Numbered from the stretch's first letter, positions 18,600-28,431 are shown. The stretch is DNA of 64,000 bases from Spirochaetia bacterium (GCA_963677925.2 CAXXYH010000003.1:768001-832000); one strand, 5' to 3'. Numbers and translations are program-made. Notes: generated by a model from the letters alone, not told the origin.

Positions 18600-19907
18600 T
18601 TATTTTGAAAACATCGTGTTCGGAAGGAACAGTGAAATTTGAGGGATATGAACAATAAGAATGAGTGTTATCATTATTGTCACCATGTACGGCAGTACAC
18701 CCTTTATAACTTCCGATGAGGGGACTTCCGGAACCCTGTTCTTAATAATGAACAGGTTAATTCCAACCGGAGGAGTAATTGCGCCCATTGCTACAGTAAA
18801 TGCAACAACGATACCGAACCAGACCAGATCAAATCCAAGAGCTTTTACAGTAGGTGCAAGAAGTCCGACTGTGAGCATCATAACCGGTGGAGTATCGAGT
18901 ATACATCCTAGAATAAGATACAGAATAACTATGCACCATACGATCATCATTGGTGGCAGCGGCAGACCTGACACCCATTGAGCCATTCCCCTTGGAAGAC
19001 CGGACATAGCCATAAAGATATTATATATCTGTATTCCGACAAACATAAAAAACATTGAGCCGCCTGTTTCAGCCACACTCTTTACAGTCGAAAGCATTGT
19101 CTTTATATTCAATTCTTTTCTAGAGAAGGCTATAAGCAGTGCACCGATTGCACCTATACCTGCTGCCTCATTAACAGTACAAATACCGCCCCATATTCCG
19201 CCCATTACGATCACTATAAGAATCAGAATGGACCATATGTTTTTAAGACTTTTAACCTTCTCAATAAACGTATATTTTTCTGTCTTAGGTGCACTCTCCG
19301 GATTCATCTTCGCAAGCAGCATAGTTGTAATTGACAATGCTATAATCAGCAGAACTCCGGGAATCCATCCGGCCATAAACAGCCGTCCGATTGACTCCTC
19401 AGCAAGAATACCATATATAATCAGAGGAACACTCGGTGGAATCAGGATAGCAAGAGGCCCAGCGGCAGCAATACTTCCGAGGCCGAGCTTGGGGCTGTAG
19501 CCGTAGCGTTTCATCTCAGGCCACGCAACCTGCGTCATTACCATGGCAGTAGCCGATCCGGAACCGCAGACAGCACCGAAGATTCCGCTTGCCACAGTAC
19601 TTGTAACAGCAAGACCGCCCGGCATATGTCCGAACATCTTTCTCGCCGAACCGTATGCATCGGTCGTTAAACCGCCTTTCGAAGCGAAATCTCCCATAAG
19701 CATAAACAGCGGCATTACACAGAATGTATAAGATGCAGCTGTTGTAAACGGCACAGAAGACAGATAGCTCATTGCTCCGCCTATCCCCATAATCATCACA
19801 ATACCTGAAATACCGGCTAAAGCAAAAGTAAAAGCCAGCGGCATTCCCAGAAACAGGAGAACAAGAAGTAGACCGGTGTTAAGTAAACCTATTGTCATTG
19901 GATTCAT
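18600..19907 (-). CDS. dctM: TRAP transporter large permease
   Basis: MPLFMLMG, FGAVCGSG, LIPPS, TPPVGIN. Confidence 0.92.
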   Translation of the reverse strand: MNPMTIGLLNTGLLLVLLFLGMPLAFTFALAGISGIVMIMGIGGAMSYLSSVPFTTAASYTFCVMPLFMLMGDFASKGGLTTDAYGSARKMFGHMPGGLAVTSTVASGIFGAVCGSGSATAMVMTQVAWPEMKRYGYSPKLGLGSIAAAGPLAILIPPSVPLIIYGILAEESIGRLFMAGWIPGVLLIIALSITTMLLAKMNPESAPKTEKYTFIEKVKSLKNIWSILILIVIVMGGIWGGICTVNEAAGIGAIGALLIAFSRKELNIKTMLSTVKSVAETGGSMFFMFVGIQIYNIFMAMSGLPRGMAQWVSGLPLPPMMIVWCIVILYLILGCILDTPPVMMLTVGLLAPTVKALGFDLVWFGIVVAFTVAMGAITPPVGINLFIIKNRVPEVPSSEVIKGVLPYMVTIMITLILIVHIPQISLFLPNTMFSK

Positions 19908-19910
19908 GTC

Positions 19911-20456
19911 TTACCTCACCCCTTCCTTTGCTGTTTTACTGCTGCGGAATTCTGTTACTGCTTCGTTGAATCTTGAAATACCATCTATAAAAAACTCAAG
20001 ACTAGCCAGATAACATCCTATGGCGGCAATAATATAAAACGGTGCAAGCTGAATCCCGAGGGTTCCGGTTGCAACATTAGTCTTGGACATGATTGCCATT
20101 CCTTTAACAGTAAGTCTTACAGCAATCGGTGCTGAGACAAAAATACATAAAAGGCTGGTCAATCCATTTATAGTAGACTGCACCGGCATCGAAAAATTAA
20201 TCAGCAGTGCATCTACTGTTATGTGTTTGCGCAGATGAGTTGCATATGCCAGACCATAATAAACAACGATAACCATCATCAGTTCTACAATTTCCTGTGT
20301 ACCCTTAATCGGTTTATTGAAAACATATCTTCCAAAAACATCAAAAAAGGTTAATAAAGCCATTGCGAATAAAGATATACCGGAAATCCATGCAAAGACG
20401 TTACTGATCCGGTGAATAATATGCGCGATCTTCCTGCATATTTCTTTTAATTGCAT
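19911..20456 (-). CDS. dctQ: TRAP transporter small permease
   Basis: DVFGRYVFNKPIKG, HITVD. Confidence 0.9.
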   Translation of the reverse strand: MQLKEICRKIAHIIHRISNVFAWISGISLFAMALLTFFDVFGRYVFNKPIKGTQEIVELMMVIVVYYGLAYATHLRKHITVDALLINFSMPVQSTINGLTSLLCIFVSAPIAVRLTVKGMAIMSKTNVATGTLGIQLAPFYIIAAIGCYLASLEFFIDGISRFNEAVTEFRSSKTAKEGVR

Positions 20457-20547
20457 GATACCTACTCCTAAGTAAATAAGAAAATTTTCAGGATTACTAC
20501 CCTCAGGTATCCTTAGTAATCAACCGTTTTTTAAATGTTGAAATCAA

Positions 20548-20576
20548 AGCATCATCCGTCCATGACGGATGATGCT
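20548..20576 (-). terminator. Stabilising/attenuating hairpin after dctP
   Basis: AGCATCATCCGTC-3-GACGGATGATGCT perfect stem. Confidence 0.65.
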
Positions 20577-20585
20577 GTTTAAGAA

Positions 20586-21647
20586 TTATTTAAGATGTGC
20601 TTCACATCTGGCAACAACTTCCATAGCAGTATCTACAATTGCTTTTCCGTCGTAGCCGAGTTCAGTTACTGTATTGATATATTCATCCACAAGATAGGCT
20701 GTTTTCTCTTTAACCTTTGCCTGCTCTACAGCACTCAGGTTATAAGGTTCCATTCCGCCTTTTGCCATGCTTTCCATAGCGCTTCGTTCTTCCCAGTCTA
20801 CGATTCTCATATATTCATAGTAGGCTTTCTGTGATACTTCCATCATCTTAACCTGAAGATCTGCAGGAAGTTCATTCCATTTATCCATGTTAACCACTAC
20901 GTAGTTAAGACCTGTTGCGATAGGCATCGTACAGAGATATTTACTCGGCTCAAAGAACTTGAAAGCTCTCATTGCACCCGGACTGGATATTGCGCCGTCG
21001 ATAACCTTTCTTTCGAGTGACATATAAACTTCAGTAGTAGTTATAGAAACTGGTGATGCCCCCAGGGCTTCAATAGCAGAAATAATACTTCCTGAATTGG
21101 CTCTTATCTTCATTCCGACAAAATCTTCAACGTTTGTTATTTTTTTATCAACAAGAGCTATCATCTGCATGTCAGTAGGCATGAAGAACATAACTTTAAG
21201 ACCTTCACCTTCAAATTCTGTCAGGTAACCGTCATGATATAGCTTGTATACGACTTCAGCTGCAGTTGTAGGGTTCTGTACCAGAAATGGGATCTGTACA
21301 ATATCACAAACCGGGAATTCTCCCATTGCCTGAGCAACACCCATGTTCAGCATTTCAAGTCCGCCGTCTTTTGCCATACCAACCAGGTCCATCGGACTTC
21401 CCAGTGAATTACCATGGAAAGCAGTAACCTTTATTCTGCCGCCGGTAGCATCAGCTATGTCTGCGAGATAACCATCAAGAAACTTTGCAAGCGGAGTTCC
21501 TTCAGGGTTGGTGGAACTTAATCTCCATTCGTAAACTGTTGTGTCTTCTGCTGCCTGAGCTGAAGCATTTTCTGATTTGCCGCCGCATGAAAAAACCATG
21601 AGTGCCAGCAGCATTAAAGCTGTGATAACGAGAAAATTTCTCTTCAC
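20586..21647 (-). CDS. dctP: TRAP substrate-binding lipoprotein
   Basis: Lipobox VFSC, GMKIRA, EVYMSLERKVIDG; GTG start with GGAGG. Confidence 0.9.
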   Translation of the reverse strand: MKRNFLVITALMLLALMVFSCGGKSENASAQAAEDTTVYEWRLSSTNPEGTPLAKFLDGYLADIADATGGRIKVTAFHGNSLGSPMDLVGMAKDGGLEMLNMGVAQAMGEFPVCDIVQIPFLVQNPTTAAEVVYKLYHDGYLTEFEGEGLKVMFFMPTDMQMIALVDKKITNVEDFVGMKIRANSGSIISAIEALGASPVSITTTEVYMSLERKVIDGAISSPGAMRAFKFFEPSKYLCTMPIATGLNYVVVNMDKWNELPADLQVKMMEVSQKAYYEYMRIVDWEERSAMESMAKGGMEPYNLSAVEQAKVKEKTAYLVDEYINTVTELGYDGKAIVDTAMEVVARCEAHLK

Positions 21648-21697
21648 TTCTTTCCTCCTAAATATTTCCCTAACGATAAGGTTTTCAAGTATAAGTG

Positions 21698-21764
21698 ATT
21701 ATAACTTTCATAAATTTGATTTGTCTAATTCAATTATTGTATGAATATGATAGCCAAAAGTAAT
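21698..21764 (-). promoter_or_regulatory. LysR-type promoter of the TRAP-SnoaL-methyltransferase operon
   Basis: ATTA-N7-CTAT-N7-ATAC-N9-ATTAGACA-18-TATAAT on the minus strand. Confidence 0.65.
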
Positions 21765-21865
21765 CAATGTTAAAAATTTCATATTCTTAAAGGCATAAGA
21801 TTGAAAATAAAAACATTTTTTTATCTATTCAATTCTTTATCAGAGAATTACTTAGATTTATTCTG

Positions 21866-21905
21866 GTATAAATTTGAGTGTTGAAAGTACAATAATGTAA
21901 GTTGC
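21866..21905 (+). promoter_or_regulatory. Promoter/operator element, copy 2 (shared with 7834-7873)
   Basis: GTATAAATTTGAGTGTTGAAAGTACAATAATGTAAGTTGC, 37/40 identical to the reverse complement of 7834-7873. Confidence 0.7.
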
Positions 21906-22152
21906 GGCATCATAAATACTCCCCTATAATTTTCTTAACTCAGTTCAAACAATAAGATAATTTCGGTTATCTGTTTTTCTTTTTTTTCGGGAAAATTTAT
22001 CATACGCCAAGACCTTTTCCCGGGTTCAGACATAGGACAGGAGGAGTGTTGCCTACACCTCAGCCTGTTTTAGAAATCTGCGTGCTTTTCCTGGTTCCCG
22101 GAGTTTCCGTACTGAATACAGGGATGCAATATAAAGATTTTAGGGGGAATTT

Positions 22153-23448
22153 ATGTCGATGTTTTCGAACAAGAAGTTTGCCGGGTATGCGGTAGTCTTC
22201 ATGATTCTCGGAGTTCTGTACATGTTTTTCTATTCAGGACTTCAGAATGACCACCTCAACATTCTCACACCGTATCTGGCTGAGACTTATGGATGGTCAA
22301 ACCTGCAGATAACCAATCCGGTTACTATAGCAGGTCTTGTAGTAATTGCACTGTACCTTATCGTTGGGGCAGCCTTCGTTAAATTCGGTGTAAGAATAAT
22401 CATGGTGCCAAGCCTTATTCTGCTTGGTATTTCCTGTATGGGTATTGCTATTGCAGGTGAAAACTACACACTTTATGCAATCAGCCTTTTTCTCGTACGT
22501 GCACTGGTTGTTCCGCTGCAGATGGGCGGATTCATGCTCGCTGCAAACTGGTTTATCAAATACCGCGGACGCGTTCTCGGTATTATCACAGCTGGAAGCC
22601 CGCTTTTCTCAGTTGTAGGTATCAGCGTTCTTACCTTCCTTGCAAACAGCGTAGGTATCAAATCAGGTTATATCGTACTTGGTATCATCATTCTTGTTAT
22701 GGCAGCTGTTACCCAATTCCTTATGAAAGATGCTCCTGAAGATGCAGGACTCTATCCTGACGGTGCAGATTCTGCTCCTAAATCAGAAGCAGACCCTGAA
22801 AAACAGGAATCTATTACTGTAGGAAAGCTCCTCAGTGAAGGCCGTGCATGGCAGCTTATTATCTCATATGGAATTCTCCAGTTCGCAATTATGTGTATGA
22901 TGGCTTTCATGGCTGTGAGATACAACTCTCTTACTCCCGCAGACAACCAGGGACCACCTCTGTTTGTTAAGGCTCTTCCCTACCTCTCAGCAGGTGCTAT
23001 AGCAGGTATTCCGATGAGTTTTGTACTCGGATGGATCGATGACAAACTTGGTTCGGTCAAGGCTTCACTTGTACTGAACATCCTGTTTTTCTTCGCAGTT
23101 ATACCTCTCGCAATAATGCCCGTTGGCGGAAACAAGGCTCTTATGCTGGTTTGGGCTTTCGGAGTTGCATGTATGACAGGCGGTGTTCCTACAATGCATC
23201 CATGTATAACATCATATGCTTACGGCAGACACCTTTATCAGGCTGCAAATAAATGGATTATGACTATTCAGGCTATTCCGATGGCTTTCGCTGTAGCTTT
23301 CATGGCTGCTATGAACGATGCCGGTAAACTTACTATGGCTTACTACATCATAATCGGACTGCTCATAGTATCATTTATTACCATCCTTACAATGATGAAA
23401 ATGCCTGATGCAAATGCAGCTGACAGAGATTACAAGGTTAAAGCATAA
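22153..23448 (+). CDS. MFS transporter
   Basis: About 12 TM segments, NWFIKYRGRVLG, GWIDDKLG. Confidence 0.9.
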   Translation: MSMFSNKKFAGYAVVFMILGVLYMFFYSGLQNDHLNILTPYLAETYGWSNLQITNPVTIAGLVVIALYLIVGAAFVKFGVRIIMVPSLILLGISCMGIAIAGENYTLYAISLFLVRALVVPLQMGGFMLAANWFIKYRGRVLGIITAGSPLFSVVGISVLTFLANSVGIKSGYIVLGIIILVMAAVTQFLMKDAPEDAGLYPDGADSAPKSEADPEKQESITVGKLLSEGRAWQLIISYGILQFAIMCMMAFMAVRYNSLTPADNQGPPLFVKALPYLSAGAIAGIPMSFVLGWIDDKLGSVKASLVLNILFFFAVIPLAIMPVGGNKALMLVWAFGVACMTGGVPTMHPCITSYAYGRHLYQAANKWIMTIQAIPMAFAVAFMAAMNDAGKLTMAYYIIIGLLIVSFITILTMMKMPDANAADRDYKVKA

Positions 23449-23531
23449 TTATTGCAGTCAGTATACGGCTTAACGCTCTATACCATTCTTATTGCAGCTA
23501 AGCCGGCTTAAATAATTCAAATACGTAATTT

Positions 23532-23569
23532 AAGGACTTGCAGAGTAAAAAAACGATGCAAGTCCTTTT
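23532..23569 (+). terminator. Intra-operon hairpin
   Basis: AAGGACTTGCA-14-TGCAAGTCCTT followed by TT. Confidence 0.6.
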
Positions 23570-23596
23570 CTATAAATATTTTTAGGAGACTTTATA

Positions 23597-25123
23597 ATGA
23601 GTAAATTAGAAGCAGATGTTGTTGTTATCGGTGCCGGTGCTTCAGGAATTTCTGCAGCAGTAGCTGCAGCTGAAAAAGAAGCCAGCGTTATCGTTATCGA
23701 AAAAGGAAGCACTACCGGTGGTGCTGCAAACATGGGCATGGGCTTTTTTGCCGTTGAATCACATTACGCAAAATCACAGATGATTGATCTCACAGTTGAT
23801 CAGGCATTTGAATTTTTTATGGAGTACACACACTGGCATCCTGATGCTAGACTAATTAGAAGATATATTGCACAGTCTGCCGATACCATCGACTGGGTTG
23901 AAAAGATGGGTGTTGAATTCCTTGGTGTATACAAATATTTCGAGAAATCATTTCCCACATGGCACATAGTAAAGGTTCCCGGAAGCAACAAGCCGACCGA
24001 AAGATCTGCATCAGTTCTTTTCAAAGCTCTTACAGACAGATCCGCCGAGCTTGGTGTTGAAATCATGTTCCAGACTTCTGCAAAAAAGATTAACACAGAT
24101 CCTTCTACAGGAAGAGTGACAGGTGTCGTAATAGCAGATGAAAACGGAAATGAGCAGGTTATCGAATGTGATACTGTAATCACTGCAGCAGGCGGATTCG
24201 GAAACAACCCTGAAATGATCAAGGAAAAATTCGGATACACATGGGGTAAAGACCTCTTCTCATTCAGAATCCCGGGTGATGACGGTGACGGTGTTAACAT
24301 GATGTGGGACATCGGAGCAGCAGAAAGCCAGATGAACATGGAGCTTACCTACACTACTCCCGGTATTACCGATATTTTCAAGACTCTCAGTGAAACTATG
24401 AGAAATCCTAACCTGATGGTTAACCTTGAAGGTAAGAGGTTCATGAACGAAGAGCAGATGCAGAACACCACCTTCACCGGTAACTGTATAACAAGACAGA
24501 CCGACAAAATCGGTTTTACAATCATCTCTGACGAAATCCTTGATGACTACCGCAAAAAAGGCGGTCTCGATTACATCACCTTCCACCACAACATCAAGAA
24601 TGTTGACAAATGGGATAGTGAACTCAAGACTTACAGAGAAGGCGGAGAATCAGAGACAGCAGGTCTTTCAGAACTTCACGGAGATGATGAAACAAGCCAG
24701 ACTGTATTCTGGGAAGCTGATTCTATCGAAGAACTCTGTGAAATGACCGGAATCAACTACAAGAATCTCAGCGCTACAATTGCAGAGTACAATGCATGTG
24801 CAGGAAGCTACGACCATCAGTTCAACAAACACCCCAAACTTATGAGAGCTGTTAAGGGTAAAAAATTCTATGCAGCTGCACACAGACCATGCGGTTACGG
24901 AACTCTCGGCGGTGTTAAGGTTAATGAAAATCTTCAGGTTCTTGATGCAGCAAATAAACCGATTCCCGGACTTTATGCCTCAGGTTTTGACGGGGCTAAC
25001 ATTTTCGGTGACAGCTACTGCTTCCTTATGCCGGGCAATACAATGGGCTGGGCTATCAACTCCGGAAGAATTGCGGGATACAGTGCTGTTGAATATCTTG
25101 ATTCTGATGATTTTGTTGAATAA
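23597..25123 (+). CDS. Cytoplasmic FAD_binding_2 (flavocytochrome c/fumarate reductase-fold) oxidoreductase
   Basis: DVVVIGAGASG, AAGGFGNN, GDGVNM, VNLEGKRFMNE, TLGGVKVN, PIPGLYASG. Confidence 0.85.
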   Translation: MSKLEADVVVIGAGASGISAAVAAAEKEASVIVIEKGSTTGGAANMGMGFFAVESHYAKSQMIDLTVDQAFEFFMEYTHWHPDARLIRRYIAQSADTIDWVEKMGVEFLGVYKYFEKSFPTWHIVKVPGSNKPTERSASVLFKALTDRSAELGVEIMFQTSAKKINTDPSTGRVTGVVIADENGNEQVIECDTVITAAGGFGNNPEMIKEKFGYTWGKDLFSFRIPGDDGDGVNMMWDIGAAESQMNMELTYTTPGITDIFKTLSETMRNPNLMVNLEGKRFMNEEQMQNTTFTGNCITRQTDKIGFTIISDEILDDYRKKGGLDYITFHHNIKNVDKWDSELKTYREGGESETAGLSELHGDDETSQTVFWEADSIEELCEMTGINYKNLSATIAEYNACAGSYDHQFNKHPKLMRAVKGKKFYAAAHRPCGYGTLGGVKVNENLQVLDAANKPIPGLYASGFDGANIFGDSYCFLMPGNTMGWAINSGRIAGYSAVEYLDSDDFVE

Positions 25124-25171
25124 TCAAACCGGAATTTAGAGCTATATAATAGAAGATTAAGGAATAAAAAG

Positions 25172-27103
25172 ATGAATACTCAGTACCCCCATCTCTTGGA
25201 ACCGATTAAAATCGGTAATAAAACTTTCAGGAACCGTATGTTTACAGCTCCTATTACCTTACACTCAATACAGGCAACTGAACCCTATCCTACCGAAGCG
25301 GCAATAACTCACTTTGCAAACAAAGCCCGCGGAGGTGCAGGCTGTGTTACAGTTGCCGGTGTAAGCATATTCCCGCACAGACATGACGCAGAGCATGCTG
25401 CATGGGATGTATACGAAAAATCTAATGTACACTATCTGGCACAACTTGCTGAACGAATCCATTTTTTCGGTGCTAAAGCATCTATGGAACTGGGTGTTGC
25501 AGGTGTTGTGGGAGGTGAATACGGAGCCAGCGACGGAATTACCCTTATGGCCGGGAATCCAGCCAAAGAGATGCCTGAATCAGAGATGGAGCGGATTGCT
25601 GAGGGTTATGCATTCACAGCCGGTGCCTGTAAAACCGCCGGCTTTGACATGGTTCTGCTGCATTTCGGCCACGGGCTGCTTGTAGGCCAGTTCCTCTCTC
25701 CGCTTACCAACAAGAGAAAAGACAAGTACGGCGGAAGTGCAGAGAACAGAGCCAGATTCCCAATGATGATAATCGATAAAATAAGGGAAAAGGTTGGAAA
25801 TGATCTTCTTATTGAGCTGAGAATCAGCGGTGATGAACATGAAGAAGGCGGAATTACAATCGATGATGCAATAGCTTTCGCCAAGACAGCTGAGGAGAAG
25901 GTAGACCTCATCCACGTATCAGCCGGTATTCACGACCCCCTTCATATGACGATTGTCCACCCCTGTGACTTCCTTCCCCCAATGCCTAACCTTCCTCTTG
26001 CAGAAGCAATGAAGAAGTCGGGTATCAAAATTCCGGTAGTAACAATCGGAGGTATCCAGGAACTTTCCGCAGCTGAAAAAGCCCTGGCTGAAGGCAAGGC
26101 GGATATTGTAACATCAGCACGCGGTGTAATTGCCGAACCAAATCTTGCTGAACTGGCATATGCCGGCCGAGGTGATGATGTCCGCCCCTGTGTTAAATGT
26201 ATGCGCTGCCACGACAGTGCAGTATATGAATATCACTACTCATGTACTGTAAATCCTGAAATTGGTATTGAACATAAACTGCCGGAGATCGTAACACCGG
26301 CGGATAAATTAAAAAAAGTTATTATAGTGGGCGGAGGTCCCGCAGGAATGCAGGCTGCCCTTACATGTGCTGAAAGAGGACATGATGTAACTATATATGA
26401 AAAGACTGACAGTTTAGGCGGAACTCTAAAGTTCAGTGAAAAGGTTGAGTTTAAATACGATCTTAGAAAATTCAAGGATTTCTTAGTCTACCAGGTTCAG
26501 AAGGCTGATATTAATGTGAAACTGAATACGGCAGCCGATCCCGAAACCCTCAGTAAAGAGGGGGCAGATGTGGTTATTGCTGCAGTAGGGGCTGCACCCT
26601 TTGTTCCGCCAATCAAAGGTATTGAAAATAAAAATGTAATTATGGCTCTTGATTCTTACGGAATGGAGAGTGAACTTTCAGATAATGTGATAGTTATCGG
26701 AGGCGGACAGGTTGGTGTAGAAACAGCTTTACACCTTGCAAAACTAGGCAAGAAAACCACTATAATTGAAATGCAGTCCGCTCTCGCTCCCGACGCATCC
26801 ATGACTCATCGTGATGAAATTATCTGGGAGCTTAATCACGAAAAAAATGTTGAAATAATTACTTCTGCCAGGTGTAAATCGATCAATAACGATTCAATTA
26901 CTTACTCTGATGCGGAAGGCAAGGAACATAACCTGAATGCCGGAAATGTAATAATCGCCGTAGGAATGAAATCACTTGGTGATGAGGCAGACAAATTCAG
27001 GAATTCAGCATTAAACAGATTTTACTCAATCGGCGACTGTATGAAGGTTGGAACTGTTGAACAGGCAGTAAAAAACGCATACTACGCCGCTGTAAACATC
27101 TGA
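25172..27103 (+). CDS. Fe-S flavoenzyme, OYE/2,4-dienoyl-CoA reductase-like
   Basis: HFGHGLLVGQFLSP, NKRKDKYGGS, CVKCMRC...CTVNP, VGGGPAG, IGDC. Confidence 0.9.
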   Translation: MNTQYPHLLEPIKIGNKTFRNRMFTAPITLHSIQATEPYPTEAAITHFANKARGGAGCVTVAGVSIFPHRHDAEHAAWDVYEKSNVHYLAQLAERIHFFGAKASMELGVAGVVGGEYGASDGITLMAGNPAKEMPESEMERIAEGYAFTAGACKTAGFDMVLLHFGHGLLVGQFLSPLTNKRKDKYGGSAENRARFPMMIIDKIREKVGNDLLIELRISGDEHEEGGITIDDAIAFAKTAEEKVDLIHVSAGIHDPLHMTIVHPCDFLPPMPNLPLAEAMKKSGIKIPVVTIGGIQELSAAEKALAEGKADIVTSARGVIAEPNLAELAYAGRGDDVRPCVKCMRCHDSAVYEYHYSCTVNPEIGIEHKLPEIVTPADKLKKVIIVGGGPAGMQAALTCAERGHDVTIYEKTDSLGGTLKFSEKVEFKYDLRKFKDFLVYQVQKADINVKLNTAADPETLSKEGADVVIAAVGAAPFVPPIKGIENKNVIMALDSYGMESELSDNVIVIGGGQVGVETALHLAKLGKKTTIIEMQSALAPDASMTHRDEIIWELNHEKNVEIITSARCKSINNDSITYSDAEGKEHNLNAGNVIIAVGMKSLGDEADKFRNSALNRFYSIGDCMKVGTVEQAVKNAYYAAVNI

Positions 27104-27130
27104 TATAATTTTAACGAGGTTTTTAAGATA

Positions 27131-28348
27131 ATGAGTGAAAAATTAACTAAAAAAGCCTGGTCAGTGCTCATCGCTGCTGTAGTAATCAATTTCTTCAGCG
27201 GTATGGGCTACATCTGGAGTATCATCGGTAAAGAACTGATGAACCAGCTTAACTGGACCAGTCTTCAGTCTTCGCTCCCCTACACCGTATTTTCGATTTC
27301 ATTTGCGTTATCGATGGCGGTTGCTGGTCCGATTCAGGACAGAAAGGGACCGAAATTTATTGCAACAATGGGTAGCATTCTTATCGGCGGAGGTCTGATA
27401 CTTACGGGGTTTGCTCTCAAGCCGGCTCTTATGGTGCTCACATACGGACTAATGACCGGATTCGGTCTCGGGTCAATGTATGCCGCTACAGTTCCGCCTG
27501 CACTTAAGTGGTTCTCTCCTGAGAAAAAAGGAACTATCAACGGTGTCATAGTAGCATCACTTGCTCTTGCATCTGTAATGTATTCACCGCTTACGAAGAC
27601 ACTCATGCACAATATGGGTATAGCTCCTACTTTCTGGATTATCGGCGTCGGACTGCTTATCATTCAGACATGTGTATCACAGCTTCTTGTGAATCCGCCT
27701 GCAGGATATCAGGCAGGAGCCGCGGTTAAATCCCGTGATGCAGTAAAAAATGAGACAATAGAAGTAAAACCGCTTGAAGTACTTAAAACCGGCAATTTCT
27801 ACAAGATGTGGATAATGTTTACTCTCTCAGCTGCTTCCAGCCTTATGGTAATCGGACATGCTGCTAATATTGCCAAATATCAGGCTTCATGGGAGGGTGG
27901 ATTTATTCTTGTAATTCTGCTTGCAGTATTCAATGCCCTTGGAAGATCGATGGGCGGAACGCTTTCTGATAAGATTGGCAGACCGAATCTCATGCGATTG
28001 ACCTTTATTATTCAGGCAATTAACATGTTTTTGTTTGCGTTTTACACAAACTACATTATACTGATGATCGGTGTTGCAATTGCAGGTATATGTTATGGTT
28101 CTACTATGGTAGTATTCTCTGCAGCTACTGCAGACCTGTACGGAATGAAGAATTTCGGCGCAAACTACGGGATGGTATTCACAGCCTGGGGTATTGCAGG
28201 AGTTCTGGGTCCAATACCGAGTGCTATTATTTTTGATGCTACCGGCAGCTTTAATTCAGCATACCTGCTCTCAGGAGCCCTGGTTATCATATCGCTGATA
28301 ATTGCCTTTACATTCAAAAATAAAACTGTTGATAATATATCAGCCTGA
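27131..28348 (+). CDS. OFA (oxalate:formate antiporter)-family MFS transporter
   Basis: YIWS, QDRKGP, KWFSPEKKG, GTLSDKIGR, YGMKNFGANYG. Confidence 0.88.
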   Translation: MSEKLTKKAWSVLIAAVVINFFSGMGYIWSIIGKELMNQLNWTSLQSSLPYTVFSISFALSMAVAGPIQDRKGPKFIATMGSILIGGGLILTGFALKPALMVLTYGLMTGFGLGSMYAATVPPALKWFSPEKKGTINGVIVASLALASVMYSPLTKTLMHNMGIAPTFWIIGVGLLIIQTCVSQLLVNPPAGYQAGAAVKSRDAVKNETIEVKPLEVLKTGNFYKMWIMFTLSAASSLMVIGHAANIAKYQASWEGGFILVILLAVFNALGRSMGGTLSDKIGRPNLMRLTFIIQAINMFLFAFYTNYIILMIGVAIAGICYGSTMVVFSAATADLYGMKNFGANYGMVFTAWGIAGVLGPIPSAIIFDATGSFNSAYLLSGALVIISLIIAFTFKNKTVDNISA

Positions 28349-28393
28349 TGTATTCAGACTGGTTATTATAGTATTCATTTTTCACCCGCTTTC

Positions 28394-28431
28394 AGGGAAC
28401 GGAATCTGTCAGATTCCGTTCCCTCTTTTTT
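28394..28431. terminator. Terminator between convergent genes
   Basis: AGGGAACGGAATCTG-T-CAGATTCCGTTCCCT followed by a T run. Confidence 0.85.

Noticed and set aside
21864-21879. Sigma54 promoter (TGGTATAAATTTGAG)
   Set aside because: No GG-N10-GC, and the second copy of the element lacks the GG
21990-22140. Cobalamin or other known riboswitch
   Set aside because: No B12-box or other consensus recognisable by eye; kept only as a weak structured-leader finding
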